Shown here: piece by piece, positions 9,798 through 17,712 of the stretch
Numbering within the stretch: the first letter of the stretch is position 1
Layout of the letters: every line of letters begins with the position of its first letter
DNA from: Tannockella kyphosi
Lineage (GTDB): Bacteria; Bacillota_I; Bacilli_A; Erysipelotrichales; Coprobacillaceae
Assembly (NCBI RefSeq): GCF_021054785.1
Contig: NZ_CP088239.1
Location: 480,001 to 512,000, forward strand
DNA: 32,000 nt
Direction: 5' to 3'
The notes under the pieces: model-generated
The model's input: the letters and a program-made list of their open reading frames with translations, nothing else
What the model was told of the DNA's origin: nothing
The model's database searches: none
Position numbers and translations under genes: made by a program

Positions 9798-10610
9798 ATG
9801 AATGTAAGAGACATAAAAGATAAGGTAAATAGTTTAAATTCTAATAGTAAGATGTTATTATTTAAAGTAATGTTAGTTTTAGTATTAATCATTTCTTTAA
9901 AGGATGAGTTGGTTGGATCTAGTGCGGTGCTTGCGTTATTATGTTCCGTTTTATTTTTAACTTTCAATCATGGTTCTATTGTTTGTTCTTTAAAGATATT
10001 GAATAATAGAGAAGAAGAATTTGATTTTCCAAAAGAAATATTTGTTGGATTTACTAGAATAAAAGAGTTATTTTCAACTTATCTAGTTTATAATGTAATT
10101 CAATATGCAGTAACATGTTTCATGTTAATTGTAATAGCAATGCTTACAATAGGTGATTTTGTTTATCTTTTAGAATTATATGTAGGGACTACTACTTATT
10201 CAGTAGATACTTTAGATTCTTTAATTAGTTCATTTATAGTATTCTTTATTTTATTTGGTTTTTTATGGATGGCATTTTTAACATATTGGGAATTAAATTT
10301 TGGATTTACTTTCTTTGCTTTAGAACGTTATGATGTAAAAGGAATAGCAGCAATGAAACGTTCTAAACAGTTATTAGAAGGCTATAAAATGATATATTTA
10401 AAGTTATTACTATCATTCTTACTTAAAATAGTAGGATTTGTATTTATTTCAGCAATAATTGCAACAATGTTAAGTAGCTTAGCTTCTATAGTTAGTATAC
10501 TTATATCGATTGCTTTAGTTTATTTTGTGAGTGTAGATATGATGTTATGTAGAACTGTCTTATTTGAAGAAATGTGTATTAGTTTTCATGAAAAAGGAGC
10601 TGTTGAATAA
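9798..10610 (+). CDS. DUF975-like multi-pass integral membrane protein
   Basis: 270 aa with about 5-6 TM segments. Layout resembles DUF975: an N-terminal polar segment, a short loop (NNREEEFDFPKEIFVGF) and FALERYDVKGIAAMKRSKQLLEGYK. AAGGAGG RBS, and a TATAAT at 9769-9774. Confidence 0.6.
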   Translation: MNVRDIKDKVNSLNSNSKMLLFKVMLVLVLIISLKDELVGSSAVLALLCSVLFLTFNHGSIVCSLKILNNREEEFDFPKEIFVGFTRIKELFSTYLVYNVIQYAVTCFMLIVIAMLTIGDFVYLLELYVGTTTYSVDTLDSLISSFIVFFILFGFLWMAFLTYWELNFGFTFFALERYDVKGIAAMKRSKQLLEGYKMIYLKLLLSFLLKIVGFVFISAIIATMLSSLASIVSILISIALVYFVSVDMMLCRTVLFEEMCISFHEKGAVE

Positions 10611-11336
10611 TTGTTAGCAGGTGAAATTACGAATAAAAAAAGTGCTTGGGGATACATCTTTGTATTCCCAGCATATTTATATTATATTCCAACAATTACT
10701 ACTTTTGTTATTTATCAAATAATGTTATTTAATCCTTTGTTAATTGATGTTAATTTTGCTACTGTGATGCTTAATTTCTCAATTGGACTATTAACAACAC
10801 TACTATTATTTGTTCTTTTAAAAGATTTTATTATCGATAACATAAAGTCTTTTTTCTTAAAACCATTTTCTAACTTAGTATGGTCATGTACTCTAGGTAT
10901 TTCATTAATGTATGCCATGTCTTTACTAGGTAGTTTAATTATTGTTTTAGTACTAGGAACAGATGCTGTTGAAACAGGTAGCTCTAACCAACAATTGTTT
11001 GAAGCATTACAAAGTGTAGGTCCAATATTTATGTTTTTACAAGCAGTAATATTTGCACCTATTTTAGAAGAGTTACTATTTAGAGGAATTATTTTTAGAT
11101 CATTATCTAATAGAAATATATATTTAGCACATTTTATTTCTGCTTTTAGTTTTGGTTTAGTGCATGTTTATAGTTATTTGGTAGCAGGCGATTTAACACA
11201 GTTAATTTATATGGTGATGTATATATTAATGGGATTAGCATTAAGTATTGCATATCAAAAAAAAGGAACAATTATTGTTCCAATTATTATTCATTTATTA
11301 AATAATGGAATTGCATTTATTGTATCCTATATGTAA
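10611..11336 (+). CDS. CPBP-family (CAAX/Abi) intramembrane glutamic metalloprotease
   Basis: Motif 1 PILEELLFRG, motif 2 FSFGLVHV, motif 3 IIHLLNN, all within a polytopic membrane protein. The TTG start directly follows the TAA of the preceding gene. Confidence 0.85.
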   Translation: MLAGEITNKKSAWGYIFVFPAYLYYIPTITTFVIYQIMLFNPLLIDVNFATVMLNFSIGLLTTLLLFVLLKDFIIDNIKSFFLKPFSNLVWSCTLGISLMYAMSLLGSLIIVLVLGTDAVETGSSNQQLFEALQSVGPIFMFLQAVIFAPILEELLFRGIIFRSLSNRNIYLAHFISAFSFGLVHVYSYLVAGDLTQLIYMVMYILMGLALSIAYQKKGTIIVPIIIHLLNNGIAFIVSYM

Positions 11337-11355
11337 AAGAGGGAAACCTCTTTTT
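11337..11355 (+). terminator. rho-independent terminator after the CPBP gene
   Basis: aagagg-gaaa-cctctt followed by ttt, immediately after the stop codon. Confidence 0.6.
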
Positions 11356-11361
11356 AAATAC

Positions 11362-11399
11362 AAAAAAAGTAGAACATAAGTTCTACTTTATCTTTTTTA
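11362..11399. terminator. bidirectional terminator hairpin (plus-strand operon / minus-strand tRNA operon)
   Basis: agtagaac-ataa-gttctact, flanked by an A-run on the left and a T-rich run on the right. It can therefore terminate transcription from either direction. Confidence 0.6.
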
Positions 11400-11400
11400 T

Positions 11401-11477
11401 TGGCGGTCTGGACGGGACTCGAACCCGCGACCTCCGCCGTGACAGGGCGGCATTCTAACCAACTGAACTACCAGACC
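11401..11477 (-). tRNA. tRNA-Asp (anticodon GTC)
   Basis: The reverse complement GGTCTGGTAGTTCAGTTGGTTAGAATGCCGCCCTGTCACGGCGGAGGTCGCGGGTTCGAGTCCCGTCCAGACCGCCA folds into a canonical cloverleaf. Anticodon loop CTGTCAC, encoded CCA. Confidence 0.95.
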
Positions 11478-11491
11478 AATAAAATTTTAAA

Positions 11492-11582
11492 TGGCGGAGA
11501 CAGAGGGATTTGAACCCTCGCGCCAGTTTCCCGACCTACACCCTTAGCAGGGGCGCCTCTTCAGCCTCTTGAGTATGTCTCC
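11492..11582 (-). tRNA. tRNA-Ser (anticodon GCT), class II with long variable arm
   Basis: The reverse complement GGAGACATACTCAAGAGGCTGAAGAGGCGCCCCTGCTAAGGGTGTAGGTCGGGAAACTGGCGCGAGGGTTCAAATCCCTCTGTCTCCGCCA has anticodon loop CTGCTAA, a long extra arm and an encoded CCA. Confidence 0.93.
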
Positions 11583-11596
11583 ATCAGTGCTTATTT

Positions 11597-11625
11597 ATAA
11601 TAACATAATTACTATCTTCATGCAA
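11597..11625 (-). promoter_or_regulatory. promoter of the tRNA-Ser/tRNA-Asp operon
   Basis: The minus strand reads TTGCAT, 17 nt, TGtTATTAT (extended -10). The -10 ends 14 nt before the mature tRNA-Ser 5' end. Confidence 0.65.
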
Positions 11626-11762
11626 GTCTAATTTTTACAATTTGTTCTTTTAGTTGAAGACTCTCTTATCTGTTGCCTGTTCATAATAGCATAAATAAAA
11701 TACACTGACAATACTTTTTTCTAAAAAATAATCCCTTATAAAATAGTAACAAAAAACAAAGT

Positions 11763-11960
11763 TTATTCCTCGCTCTTTTTCTTGGCTTTTTCAATTGTTT
11801 CAGTCATGGCTTGTTTAAAAACATGTGATGGTTTGATTCCTAAGATTTTACATGCTTCTGTAAATTCATCAACAAACTCTTTTTTGTATCTACCGCTAAT
11901 ACTTTTCATATTTTGTTTCGACCATTGATTAATATAATCAGCTTGATTAAATTCAGACAT
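11763..11960 (-). CDS. small ribbon-helix-helix (CopG/Arc-like) DNA-binding protein
   Basis: 65 aa. The pattern NMKSISGRYKKEFVDEFTEACKILGIKPSHVFKQAMTETIEKA fits beta-strand/helix/helix, with a lysine/glutamate tail. Strong GGAGGG RBS 7 nt upstream of the ATG. Confidence 0.55.
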   Translation of the reverse strand: MSEFNQADYINQWSKQNMKSISGRYKKEFVDEFTEACKILGIKPSHVFKQAMTETIEKAKKKSEE

Positions 11961-12107
11961 ATTATCTCCCTCCTAAAGTAATGTGCTAATAAAAGTAACT
12001 AAAAATAATATTAAATCTAACGTTAATAAAATGTGGTAAATTAATGCTGTACACGATTCGTACACGAAAAAAAATATTCTAATGTAACATTACGGCTAAA
12101 ACAATAT

Positions 12108-12164
12108 AAAAACGTACATTTAAGCATGTTTTAGCATTGAAATGCAAGCAAATGTACGTTTTTT
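12108..12164 (-). terminator. terminator of tRNA-Lys (long hairpin with nested inner stem)
   Basis: A 14-nt perfect inverted repeat, aaaaacgtacattt (12108-12121) and aaatgtacgttttt (12150-12163). An inner gcatt-ga-aatgc stem lies in the loop. The A-run and T-run flanks give U-tracts on both strands. Confidence 0.65.
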
Positions 12165-12171
12165 AGCATTA

Positions 12172-12247
12172 TGGTCTCCCCTCACGGTCTCGAACCGTGG
12201 ACCCACAGATTAAGAGTCTGTTGCTCTACCAACTGAGCTAAGGAGAG
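12172..12247 (-). tRNA. tRNA-Lys (anticodon CTT)
   Basis: The reverse complement CTCTCCTTAGCTCAGTTGGTAGAGCAACAGACTCTTAATCTGTGGGTCCACGGTTCGAGACCGTGAGGGGAGACCA forms a full cloverleaf. Anticodon loop CTCTTAA, discriminator A73, encoded CCA. The acceptor stem starts with C1:G72. Confidence 0.88.
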
Positions 12248-12262
12248 ATAAGTTACATATAA

Positions 12263-12290
12263 ATTATACGCTTTTAAATCCTTATTGCAA
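12263..12290 (-). promoter_or_regulatory. promoter of tRNA-Lys
   Basis: The minus strand reads TTGCAA, 16 nt, TATAAT. The -10 ends 15 nt before the tRNA 5' end. Confidence 0.65.
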
Positions 12291-12319
12291 GAAAAAGGAT
12301 GAACTTTTCAATTGTTTTA

Positions 12320-12328
12320 TGTTATAAT
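12320..12328 (+). promoter_or_regulatory. extended -10 promoter element for the downstream membrane protein gene
   Basis: TGtTATAAT at 12320-12328, followed by an AAGAGGGTGA RBS and the ATG at 12350. It lies back to back with the tRNA-Lys promoter. Confidence 0.5.
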
Positions 12329-12349
12329 CTTTTAAAAGAGGGTGATTAC

Positions 12350-14242
12350 ATGTTATATGAAAAAAAGAAATCAGGAGATATGTTAGTTATTTTAACACTA
12401 GATGGAGGGATGCTAGATTTAAATCGTCTCCGTTTCAATTATTTGAAAAACATATTTAAAGAACATGGTAAAGAAGTGAGTGTAAATACTTTTGTCCAAG
12501 GTATTGGAGATTATAGAACAATGTACCAGGCATTTAGTAATACACCATTAGAATTAAATAATGAAATTGAAAATGATTTATATGCTTATTCAAAATTAAA
12601 ACCAGAACTAAAAAAAGTAGGTGTTGAAGAATTGTTACATTTCTTTAAACAAAGAGAAATCAAAGTAGCAGTTATATCAACACATAGCACAAAACGTGCT
12701 GTTCAATATTTACAATTAACAAATTTATATAATAAAGTGGATTTTGTTATTGGTAATGATGGTACTGCACCTTTCCCTAATAAGGAAACATTACAACTAA
12801 TTTGTCATAGCATGGAAGTAGGTGTAGAAAATACTTTGTTAGTTGCTAATTTCTCTAGTATGGTAAAAGCAGCAAATGATGCATTTATTCAAATAGCATA
12901 CTTACATGATTTAGGAGAATATGAACCAGTTCATGCAATAACACCATTTGAAGTAGTGAAAAATAATTTGGGGGTTATTAATGTTATCTTATTTTCAAAG
13001 TATGATAGTATTGATATGTATTCTACTATTTTAGGGTTAAATGGAAATATGAATGCACGTCAATTAACTAGTGTGTACGAACAGCTATTAAAAGACTATG
13101 CAAATGATGAACAATTACTTACTCTAATAGAACGTGTATATACTCACTATTATACAAAACTTCCAAAACCTGAAATAATCACAAAAGAGCCTGTTATTCA
13201 AGAACCAATCATAGAAGTGGCTGATTTACAAGAAGAACAAGAAGTTATCGAAATAAAGGAAGAAGTAGAAGAAGTAGAAGAAGTAGAAGAAGAAGTTGAA
13301 AACAATGAAGCTTTGATCCAACCAACCATTTTGGTTCCAATAATAGAAGAAAATGAAGAAGTGGAAGTGGAACCTGTAGATGACCTGTTAGATCAACAGG
13401 TTGAAGAAGAAATAATAGAAAAAGAAGATTTGGAAGTAGAAGAGGAGCCTGTTATAGACGAACAACCTGTAATGGAATCTATTATCTTTGAACAAGAACA
13501 AAAAGAAGAATCACAGGATAGCACCTTTATTAGAAAATTAAAAGGTGGATTTAAAGCGGATGCTATTGTTAATGAACCTATCATCGTAGTCCCACCAGTA
13601 ACTGATGTTACAATGACAAGTGATGTTCAAGAAGAAGTAATACAGGAAGTAGAACTAACAGAAGAAAAACCTTTCTCTTATGAGAGTGATGATGATGTAG
13701 AAATCAATCTATATCAAGAAGAACATACTACTTCTATTTTACCAGAAGAGTTTAAAACAGAAGCGTTACAAATGAATGCCTTAATGGATCAAATAAATAA
13801 TGTAGAAGCTAAGTTAGTAGAAATTGATAAAGAGCCTTTAGAAGAAATAGAGATCAAAGAATCTAGTGAAGATAAGAAAAAAACACATAAAGCAATATTA
13901 GCCATATATGCTGTTATGACTTCTTTTGTTGCTAGTGTTATCCTTGTAGGAGGAGCTATGTTAACATATATGTTCTTTGGTGATTTATTAGCGTCAGATT
14001 TTATAGTAATTAATATTATGTTCTCTGGAATTATGTTTATTGTTTCAGGAATATCAGGAATATTAGAAATGTTTGTCCAACTAGCTTGTATGGTATTTCC
14101 AACATTAGGAACGTCTACTGTTATTTTAGCAGGAAATGAAATTCTATCCGCATTAGCGATACAAGTTTTCTGGTTTGTTTTCTTTTTTACAGTACTAATC
14201 TTATTTATACGAGCAATTGTCAGTTATTTAATGGCAGAATAA
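12350..14242 (+). CDS. membrane-anchored protein: degenerate HAD-like N-domain, long acidic low-complexity linker, C-terminal TM bundle
   Basis: The ORF is open from 12299, but the RBS and promoter geometry favour ATG 12350. It has a HAD-like fold pattern (VAVISTHS..., PFPNKE...). Motif I reads LTLDGGML and motif IV reads VANFS, so the catalytic Asp residues are missing. About 220 aa are E/V/I/Q-rich, and 3-4 hydrophobic helices lie at the C-terminus. Confidence 0.7.
   Translation: MLYEKKKSGDMLVILTLDGGMLDLNRLRFNYLKNIFKEHGKEVSVNTFVQGIGDYRTMYQAFSNTPLELNNEIENDLYAYSKLKPELKKVGVEELLHFFKQREIKVAVISTHSTKRAVQYLQLTNLYNKVDFVIGNDGTAPFPNKETLQLICHSMEVGVENTLLVANFSSMVKAANDAFIQIAYLHDLGEYEPVHAITPFEVVKNNLGVINVILFSKYDSIDMYSTILGLNGNMNARQLTSVYEQLLKDYANDEQLLTLIERVYTHYYTKLPKPEIITKEPVIQEPIIEVADLQEEQEVIEIKEEVEEVEEVEEEVENNEALIQPTILVPIIEENEEVEVEPVDDLLDQQVEEEIIEKEDLEVEEEPVIDEQPVMESIIFEQEQKEESQDSTFIRKLKGGFKADAIVNEPIIVVPPVTDVTMTSDVQEEVIQEVELTEEKPFSYESDDDVEINLYQEEHTTSILPEEFKTEALQMNALMDQINNVEAKLVEIDKEPLEEIEIKESSEDKKKTHKAILAIYAVMTSFVASVILVGGAMLTYMFFGDLLASDFIVINIMFSGIMFIVSGISGILEMFVQLACMVFPTLGTSTVILAGNEILSALAIQVFWFVFFFTVLILFIRAIVSYLMAE
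13259..13300 (+). repeat. in-frame 9-bp tandem repeat (gaagaagta x3 plus a degenerate copy) encoding EEVEEVEEVEEEVE
   Basis: Direct reading: three perfect copies at 13259-13285, followed by gaagaagaa gttgaa. Confidence 0.9.
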
Positions 14243-14273
14243 AAAGTAGTGGATGAAATTCCACTACTTTTTT
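14241..14273 (+). terminator. rho-independent terminator
   Basis: aaaaagtagtgg-atgaaatt-ccactacttttt(t), starting at the stop codon of the preceding gene. Confidence 0.75.
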
Positions 14274-14281
14274 AAACAATT

Positions 14282-14314
14282 AAAAAGTCACTAATTTTTA
14301 AAATAGTGACTTTA
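14282..14314 (-). terminator. terminator for nudF (minus strand)
   Basis: aaagtcacta-(loop)-tagtgacttt, with a T-run on the minus strand, downstream of the nudF stop. Confidence 0.6.
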
Positions 14315-14325
14315 TTACTATAATT

Positions 14326-14862
14326 TTATAATCGATAATTAATATAAGCATGCATAATCGCAATCACAGTCTTGGCATCCATAATAGTACCATCAATTAC
14401 TTTACGATAAGCTTCTAATATATCTAACTCAATGACTTTGATATTTTCATCCTCATCTCCTGGAGCAGGATTATCTACTTTAAAAATATTTTTAGCCTCA
14501 CAGATATGCAATAACTCATCACAATATCCAGGTGTAGGATATATTTTAGTAATAGGAACTAGTTTTAAAGAACTGTATCCAGTTTCTTCTTCTAATTCTC
14601 TTGATGCACATGATTCTACATCTTCACCAGGTTCTAATTTCCCAGCTGGTATTTCTAATGTATTGCAAGCGTAAGGGTAACGATACTGTTCCACTAGTAA
14701 AATCTTATCATGATTTAAAGCGAGTATCCCAACACCACCATGATGACGTACGACTTCACGAGTAGTTATCTTTCCAGTTGCTGTTTCTATTTCATCTTTA
14801 TAAACTTTGATTATGCGACCTTCAAAAATCAATTCACTTTTTAATTGTTTTTCCATCTTCAT
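14326..14862 (-). CDS. nudF: ADP-ribose pyrophosphatase (Nudix hydrolase)
   Basis: Nudix box GKLEPGEDVESCASRELEEETGY. N-terminus (IFEGRIIKVYKDEIE..G....REVVRHHGGVGILA) is typical of NudF/YqkG. Confidence 0.88.
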   Translation of the reverse strand: MKMEKQLKSELIFEGRIIKVYKDEIETATGKITTREVVRHHGGVGILALNHDKILLVEQYRYPYACNTLEIPAGKLEPGEDVESCASRELEEETGYSSLKLVPITKIYPTPGYCDELLHICEAKNIFKVDNPAPGDEDENIKVIELDILEAYRKVIDGTIMDAKTVIAIMHAYINYRL

Positions 14863-14951
14863 TGCCCCCTTTAATTATTATAACAAATGATGTTATAAAT
14901 GTTTACATATATTTCATAATATGTGTAATTTGATGCGAAAATTGTAGTTCT

Positions 14952-14979
14952 TTGATTTTGTAAATAGAAATGGTATACT
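14952..14979 (+). promoter_or_regulatory. sigma-A type promoter upstream of the lipid kinase gene
   Basis: TTGATT, 16 nt, TGgTATACT (extended -10). The predicted transcription start lies at about 14986, which argues against the ATG at 14987 as the start codon. Confidence 0.55.
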
Positions 14980-15001
14980 AAATGCAATGGGAGAAATTAT
15001 T

Positions 15002-15862
15002 ATGTTAAAAAAACACTTATTTTTAATGAAACCAAATAATCAACAAACAAACATAACTGCAATTATTGATAAAGTAATGGAAACATATGATTATCAAATA
15101 ATCATTACTAAATCAAAAGAACATTTAATGGAAATAATAGAAATAAATAAGCAATCAAATATGCGTATTTATGCTATTGGAGGAGATGGTTTTATCCATT
15201 ATTTAATCCAAAACATGATTTATACAAACTTGGAACTTGTTGTTCTTGCTAATGGAACAGGTAATGATTTTATACGTAGTTTAGAAGCATCAAATAATAT
15301 TAAAACAGCACTTGAAAATAGTTTAAAACAAGAAAGCCAATTCATGGATATTATAAAAGCAAATGATACCTATCTTATTAATTCTTTTTGTTTTGGAATT
15401 GATAGTGAAACTGCAGCCTATGTTCATCGTTATAAAAAAATACCACTTATGCCTAGTAGCTTACAATATGGTTATGTCTTATTAAGACGTTTAATGCATT
15501 ATAAATTTTATCCAATAAAAGTTCATAATGATACCTTCGCTTATCAAGAACCAATTCTTATAGGGGCAATATGCAATGGAAAGTATTATGGAGGTGGCTT
15601 CAATATATGTCCTGATGCATTGTTGGATGATGGTTATTTTGATATTACCCTAATTAAAGGAATACATCGTCTTTCTGTTCCTAGACATTTGTTTTTAATA
15701 GCGATTGGTAAATTAAATAAATCAAACAGTGTAACAATGACAAAACAAAAGGAAATTATTGTACACTCAAAAAGTGAAGTGAATATGGATGGAGAAGTAT
15801 ATCCTGCTGGGGAATATCATCTTACGTTGATTCCTAAGGGCATCTATATTGTAAAAGGATAA
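15002..15862 (+). CDS. diacylglycerol/lipid kinase family protein (YegS/DagK/BmrU-like)
   Basis: Motifs IYAIGGDGF and LANGTGNDF are the DAGK catalytic-domain signature. GGGAGA RBS before the ATG at 15002. The ORF is also open from 14987. Confidence 0.8.
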   Translation: MLKKHLFLMKPNNQQTNITAIIDKVMETYDYQIIITKSKEHLMEIIEINKQSNMRIYAIGGDGFIHYLIQNMIYTNLELVVLANGTGNDFIRSLEASNNIKTALENSLKQESQFMDIIKANDTYLINSFCFGIDSETAAYVHRYKKIPLMPSSLQYGYVLLRRLMHYKFYPIKVHNDTFAYQEPILIGAICNGKYYGGGFNICPDALLDDGYFDITLIKGIHRLSVPRHLFLIAIGKLNKSNSVTMTKQKEIIVHSKSEVNMDGEVYPAGEYHLTLIPKGIYIVKG

Positions 15863-15866
15863 ATAA

Positions 15867-16880
15867 ATGAAAAATAGAAGTCAATTAGTATTAGAATGGT
15901 ACTGTATTCATCAAAGAATTCTCCCTTGGAGAGAAAATAAAAATCCTTATTATATATGGATTAGTGAAATTATGTTACAACAAACAAAAGTTGAAACAGT
16001 AAAACCATATTTCAAACGCTTTATACAACAATTACCTACCTTACTAGATTTAGCGAATTGTCATGAAGATGATTTGATGAAATTATGGCAAGGCTTAGGA
16101 TATTATCGAAGAGTTCTTAATATGCAAAAAGCTGCAATCTTATGTGTAAAAGAATATGATGGTAAATTACCAAACAATTATCAACAATTATTAACGTTAC
16201 CTGGCATTGGAAATTATACAGCCGGAGCTATTGCATCTATTGCATATAATGAAGAAGTATATGCAATTGATGGAAATGTCTTGCGTATTTATAGTCGATT
16301 ACATGATCTTCATGAAGACATAATGGCATTAAAAACAAAGAAAATAATTGAACAATATGTAAGTGAAGACATGAATAATCAAATGGGAGATTATAATCAA
16401 GCTTTAATGGACATTGGGGCAACTATTTGTACACCACTATCACCTAAATGTAAGGACTGTCCTATATCTTCTACATGTCTTGCATATAAACAAAATACAG
16501 TTCAATTATTGCCAATAAAAAAGCGAAAAAAGAAAGCTAGTGAACATACTTATACTATTATTATCCATCAATATAAAGATAAGGTTTTATTACATCGCCG
16601 TGATAAAGATGGATTACTTGCTAATCTTTATGAATTTGAAACCATTAAAGAAGAGATGGTATTAAGTGAGCCATATATTTCTTTAGGAAGTTATAAACAT
16701 ATATTTAGTCACCAAATATGGAATATGCAAGGATATTTAGTAGAACATGATTATGAAATAGAAAAAGAAGATTTCTTTTGGGTAACTTATCAAGAGATGA
16801 TAGATAAATATAGTATACCTGGAGCTTTTTTACCATTTGTTCAAAGAATAACAGAAAGAAGAGAAAAACATGCTACCTAA
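15867..16880 (+). CDS. mutY: A/G-specific adenine DNA glycosylase
   Basis: LPWRENKNPYYIWISEIMLQQTKVETV, HhH-GPD LPGIGNYTAGAIASIA, and Fe-S cluster cysteines CTPLSPKCKDCPISSTC. A Nudix-like C-terminal domain is present. Confidence 0.92.
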   Translation: MKNRSQLVLEWYCIHQRILPWRENKNPYYIWISEIMLQQTKVETVKPYFKRFIQQLPTLLDLANCHEDDLMKLWQGLGYYRRVLNMQKAAILCVKEYDGKLPNNYQQLLTLPGIGNYTAGAIASIAYNEEVYAIDGNVLRIYSRLHDLHEDIMALKTKKIIEQYVSEDMNNQMGDYNQALMDIGATICTPLSPKCKDCPISSTCLAYKQNTVQLLPIKKRKKKASEHTYTIIIHQYKDKVLLHRRDKDGLLANLYEFETIKEEMVLSEPYISLGSYKHIFSHQIWNMQGYLVEHDYEIEKEDFFWVTYQEMIDKYSIPGAFLPFVQRITERREKHAT

Positions 16881-17682
16881 AATAAGAAAAGCAATGAAAG
16901 AATTTTTAAGTCAAGAGGGATCTTTGCATCGTTCTTCTTTAAGTTATAGTTTTTTATTAGCTATTTTTCCTGCATTAATCGTTATTATTATACTTTTTCA
17001 AAATGAGTTATTGGATATTGAAAGAGTATCTACATTTATGTATCATTATTTACCTCAAGATATTATGGAACCTTTTATAGAATATATTTTAGATGCTGAT
17101 TATTCAAATATATATACTGTTATTGTTACCTTAGGAACTACTATTTTTCTAGCAAGTCGTAGTTTTTATACATTTATGTTAATTAGTGCAAATAAAGAAA
17201 AGTTTGTTACTCGTTCTTTTATTATTCGTATAAAAGCTATTTTATTGTTTTTAGGGTTTATTATTTCTATCGGGCTTATGGGACTGTTTGCCCATCTTTT
17301 CCCTTTTTATCAATCGATACATTTAGTGATAATGATATTTATTGTTTTCTATTTATTTTATCGCATGTTATCTTTTGAAGTTAGACCAATTCAATATGGT
17401 TTAGTAGGGGCTGTTTTTACAACGATAGGAGTTGTTTGTATTGGAGCATTATTTCTAACGATTGTACAGGCAGTAAGTAGATATCAAACATTATATGGAC
17501 CACTAGCAAGTATTCTTATTATGATGTTATCGATTCATGTTATTTCAGGAACTATTTATTTTGGATATTGTTTAAATCATGCTTATGATTTTCATTATAA
17601 AGAACATCAATTTAAAAACAAACATATGTATGATAAATTAGAACAGTATTATCAAAAAGTAAGATCATTGGTTAAAAGATAA
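16870..17682 (+). CDS. YihY/BrkB (virulence factor BrkB) family membrane protein
   Basis: 270 aa, polytopic. N-terminal pattern SLSYSFLLAIFPALIVI is typical of the YihY family. Overlaps the mutY 3' end by 11 nt. Confidence 0.7.
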   Translation: MLPKIRKAMKEFLSQEGSLHRSSLSYSFLLAIFPALIVIIILFQNELLDIERVSTFMYHYLPQDIMEPFIEYILDADYSNIYTVIVTLGTTIFLASRSFYTFMLISANKEKFVTRSFIIRIKAILLFLGFIISIGLMGLFAHLFPFYQSIHLVIMIFIVFYLFYRMLSFEVRPIQYGLVGAVFTTIGVVCIGALFLTIVQAVSRYQTLYGPLASILIMMLSIHVISGTIYFGYCLNHAYDFHYKEHQFKNKHMYDKLEQYYQKVRSLVKR

Positions 17683-17712
17683 AAGTAAGAACATACTAAT
17701 AACGGTGATAAA

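Noticed and set aside
12108-12163. UACAU (the Bacillus EndoA/MazF cleavage motif) occurs in the arms of the tRNA-Lys terminator hairpin, considered as a MazF-related signal.
   Set aside because: A 5-mer of this composition is expected by chance every few hundred nucleotides in DNA this AT-rich, and no enrichment can be shown by eye.
11401-12300. Possible integrated mobile element using the tRNA genes as an attachment site.
   Set aside because: I found no integrase or recombinase gene in the interval. I also found no direct repeat of a tRNA 3' segment (e.g. cgaacc/gaaccc-containing copies). At most it would be a heavily decayed remnant.
12299-12349. The upstream ATG at 12299 as the start of the pseudo-HAD membrane protein (17 extra residues).
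   Set aside because: The extension would overlap the tRNA-Lys promoter region and contains the TGtTATAAT -10 element. The strong RBS AAGAGGGTGA precedes the ATG at 12350.
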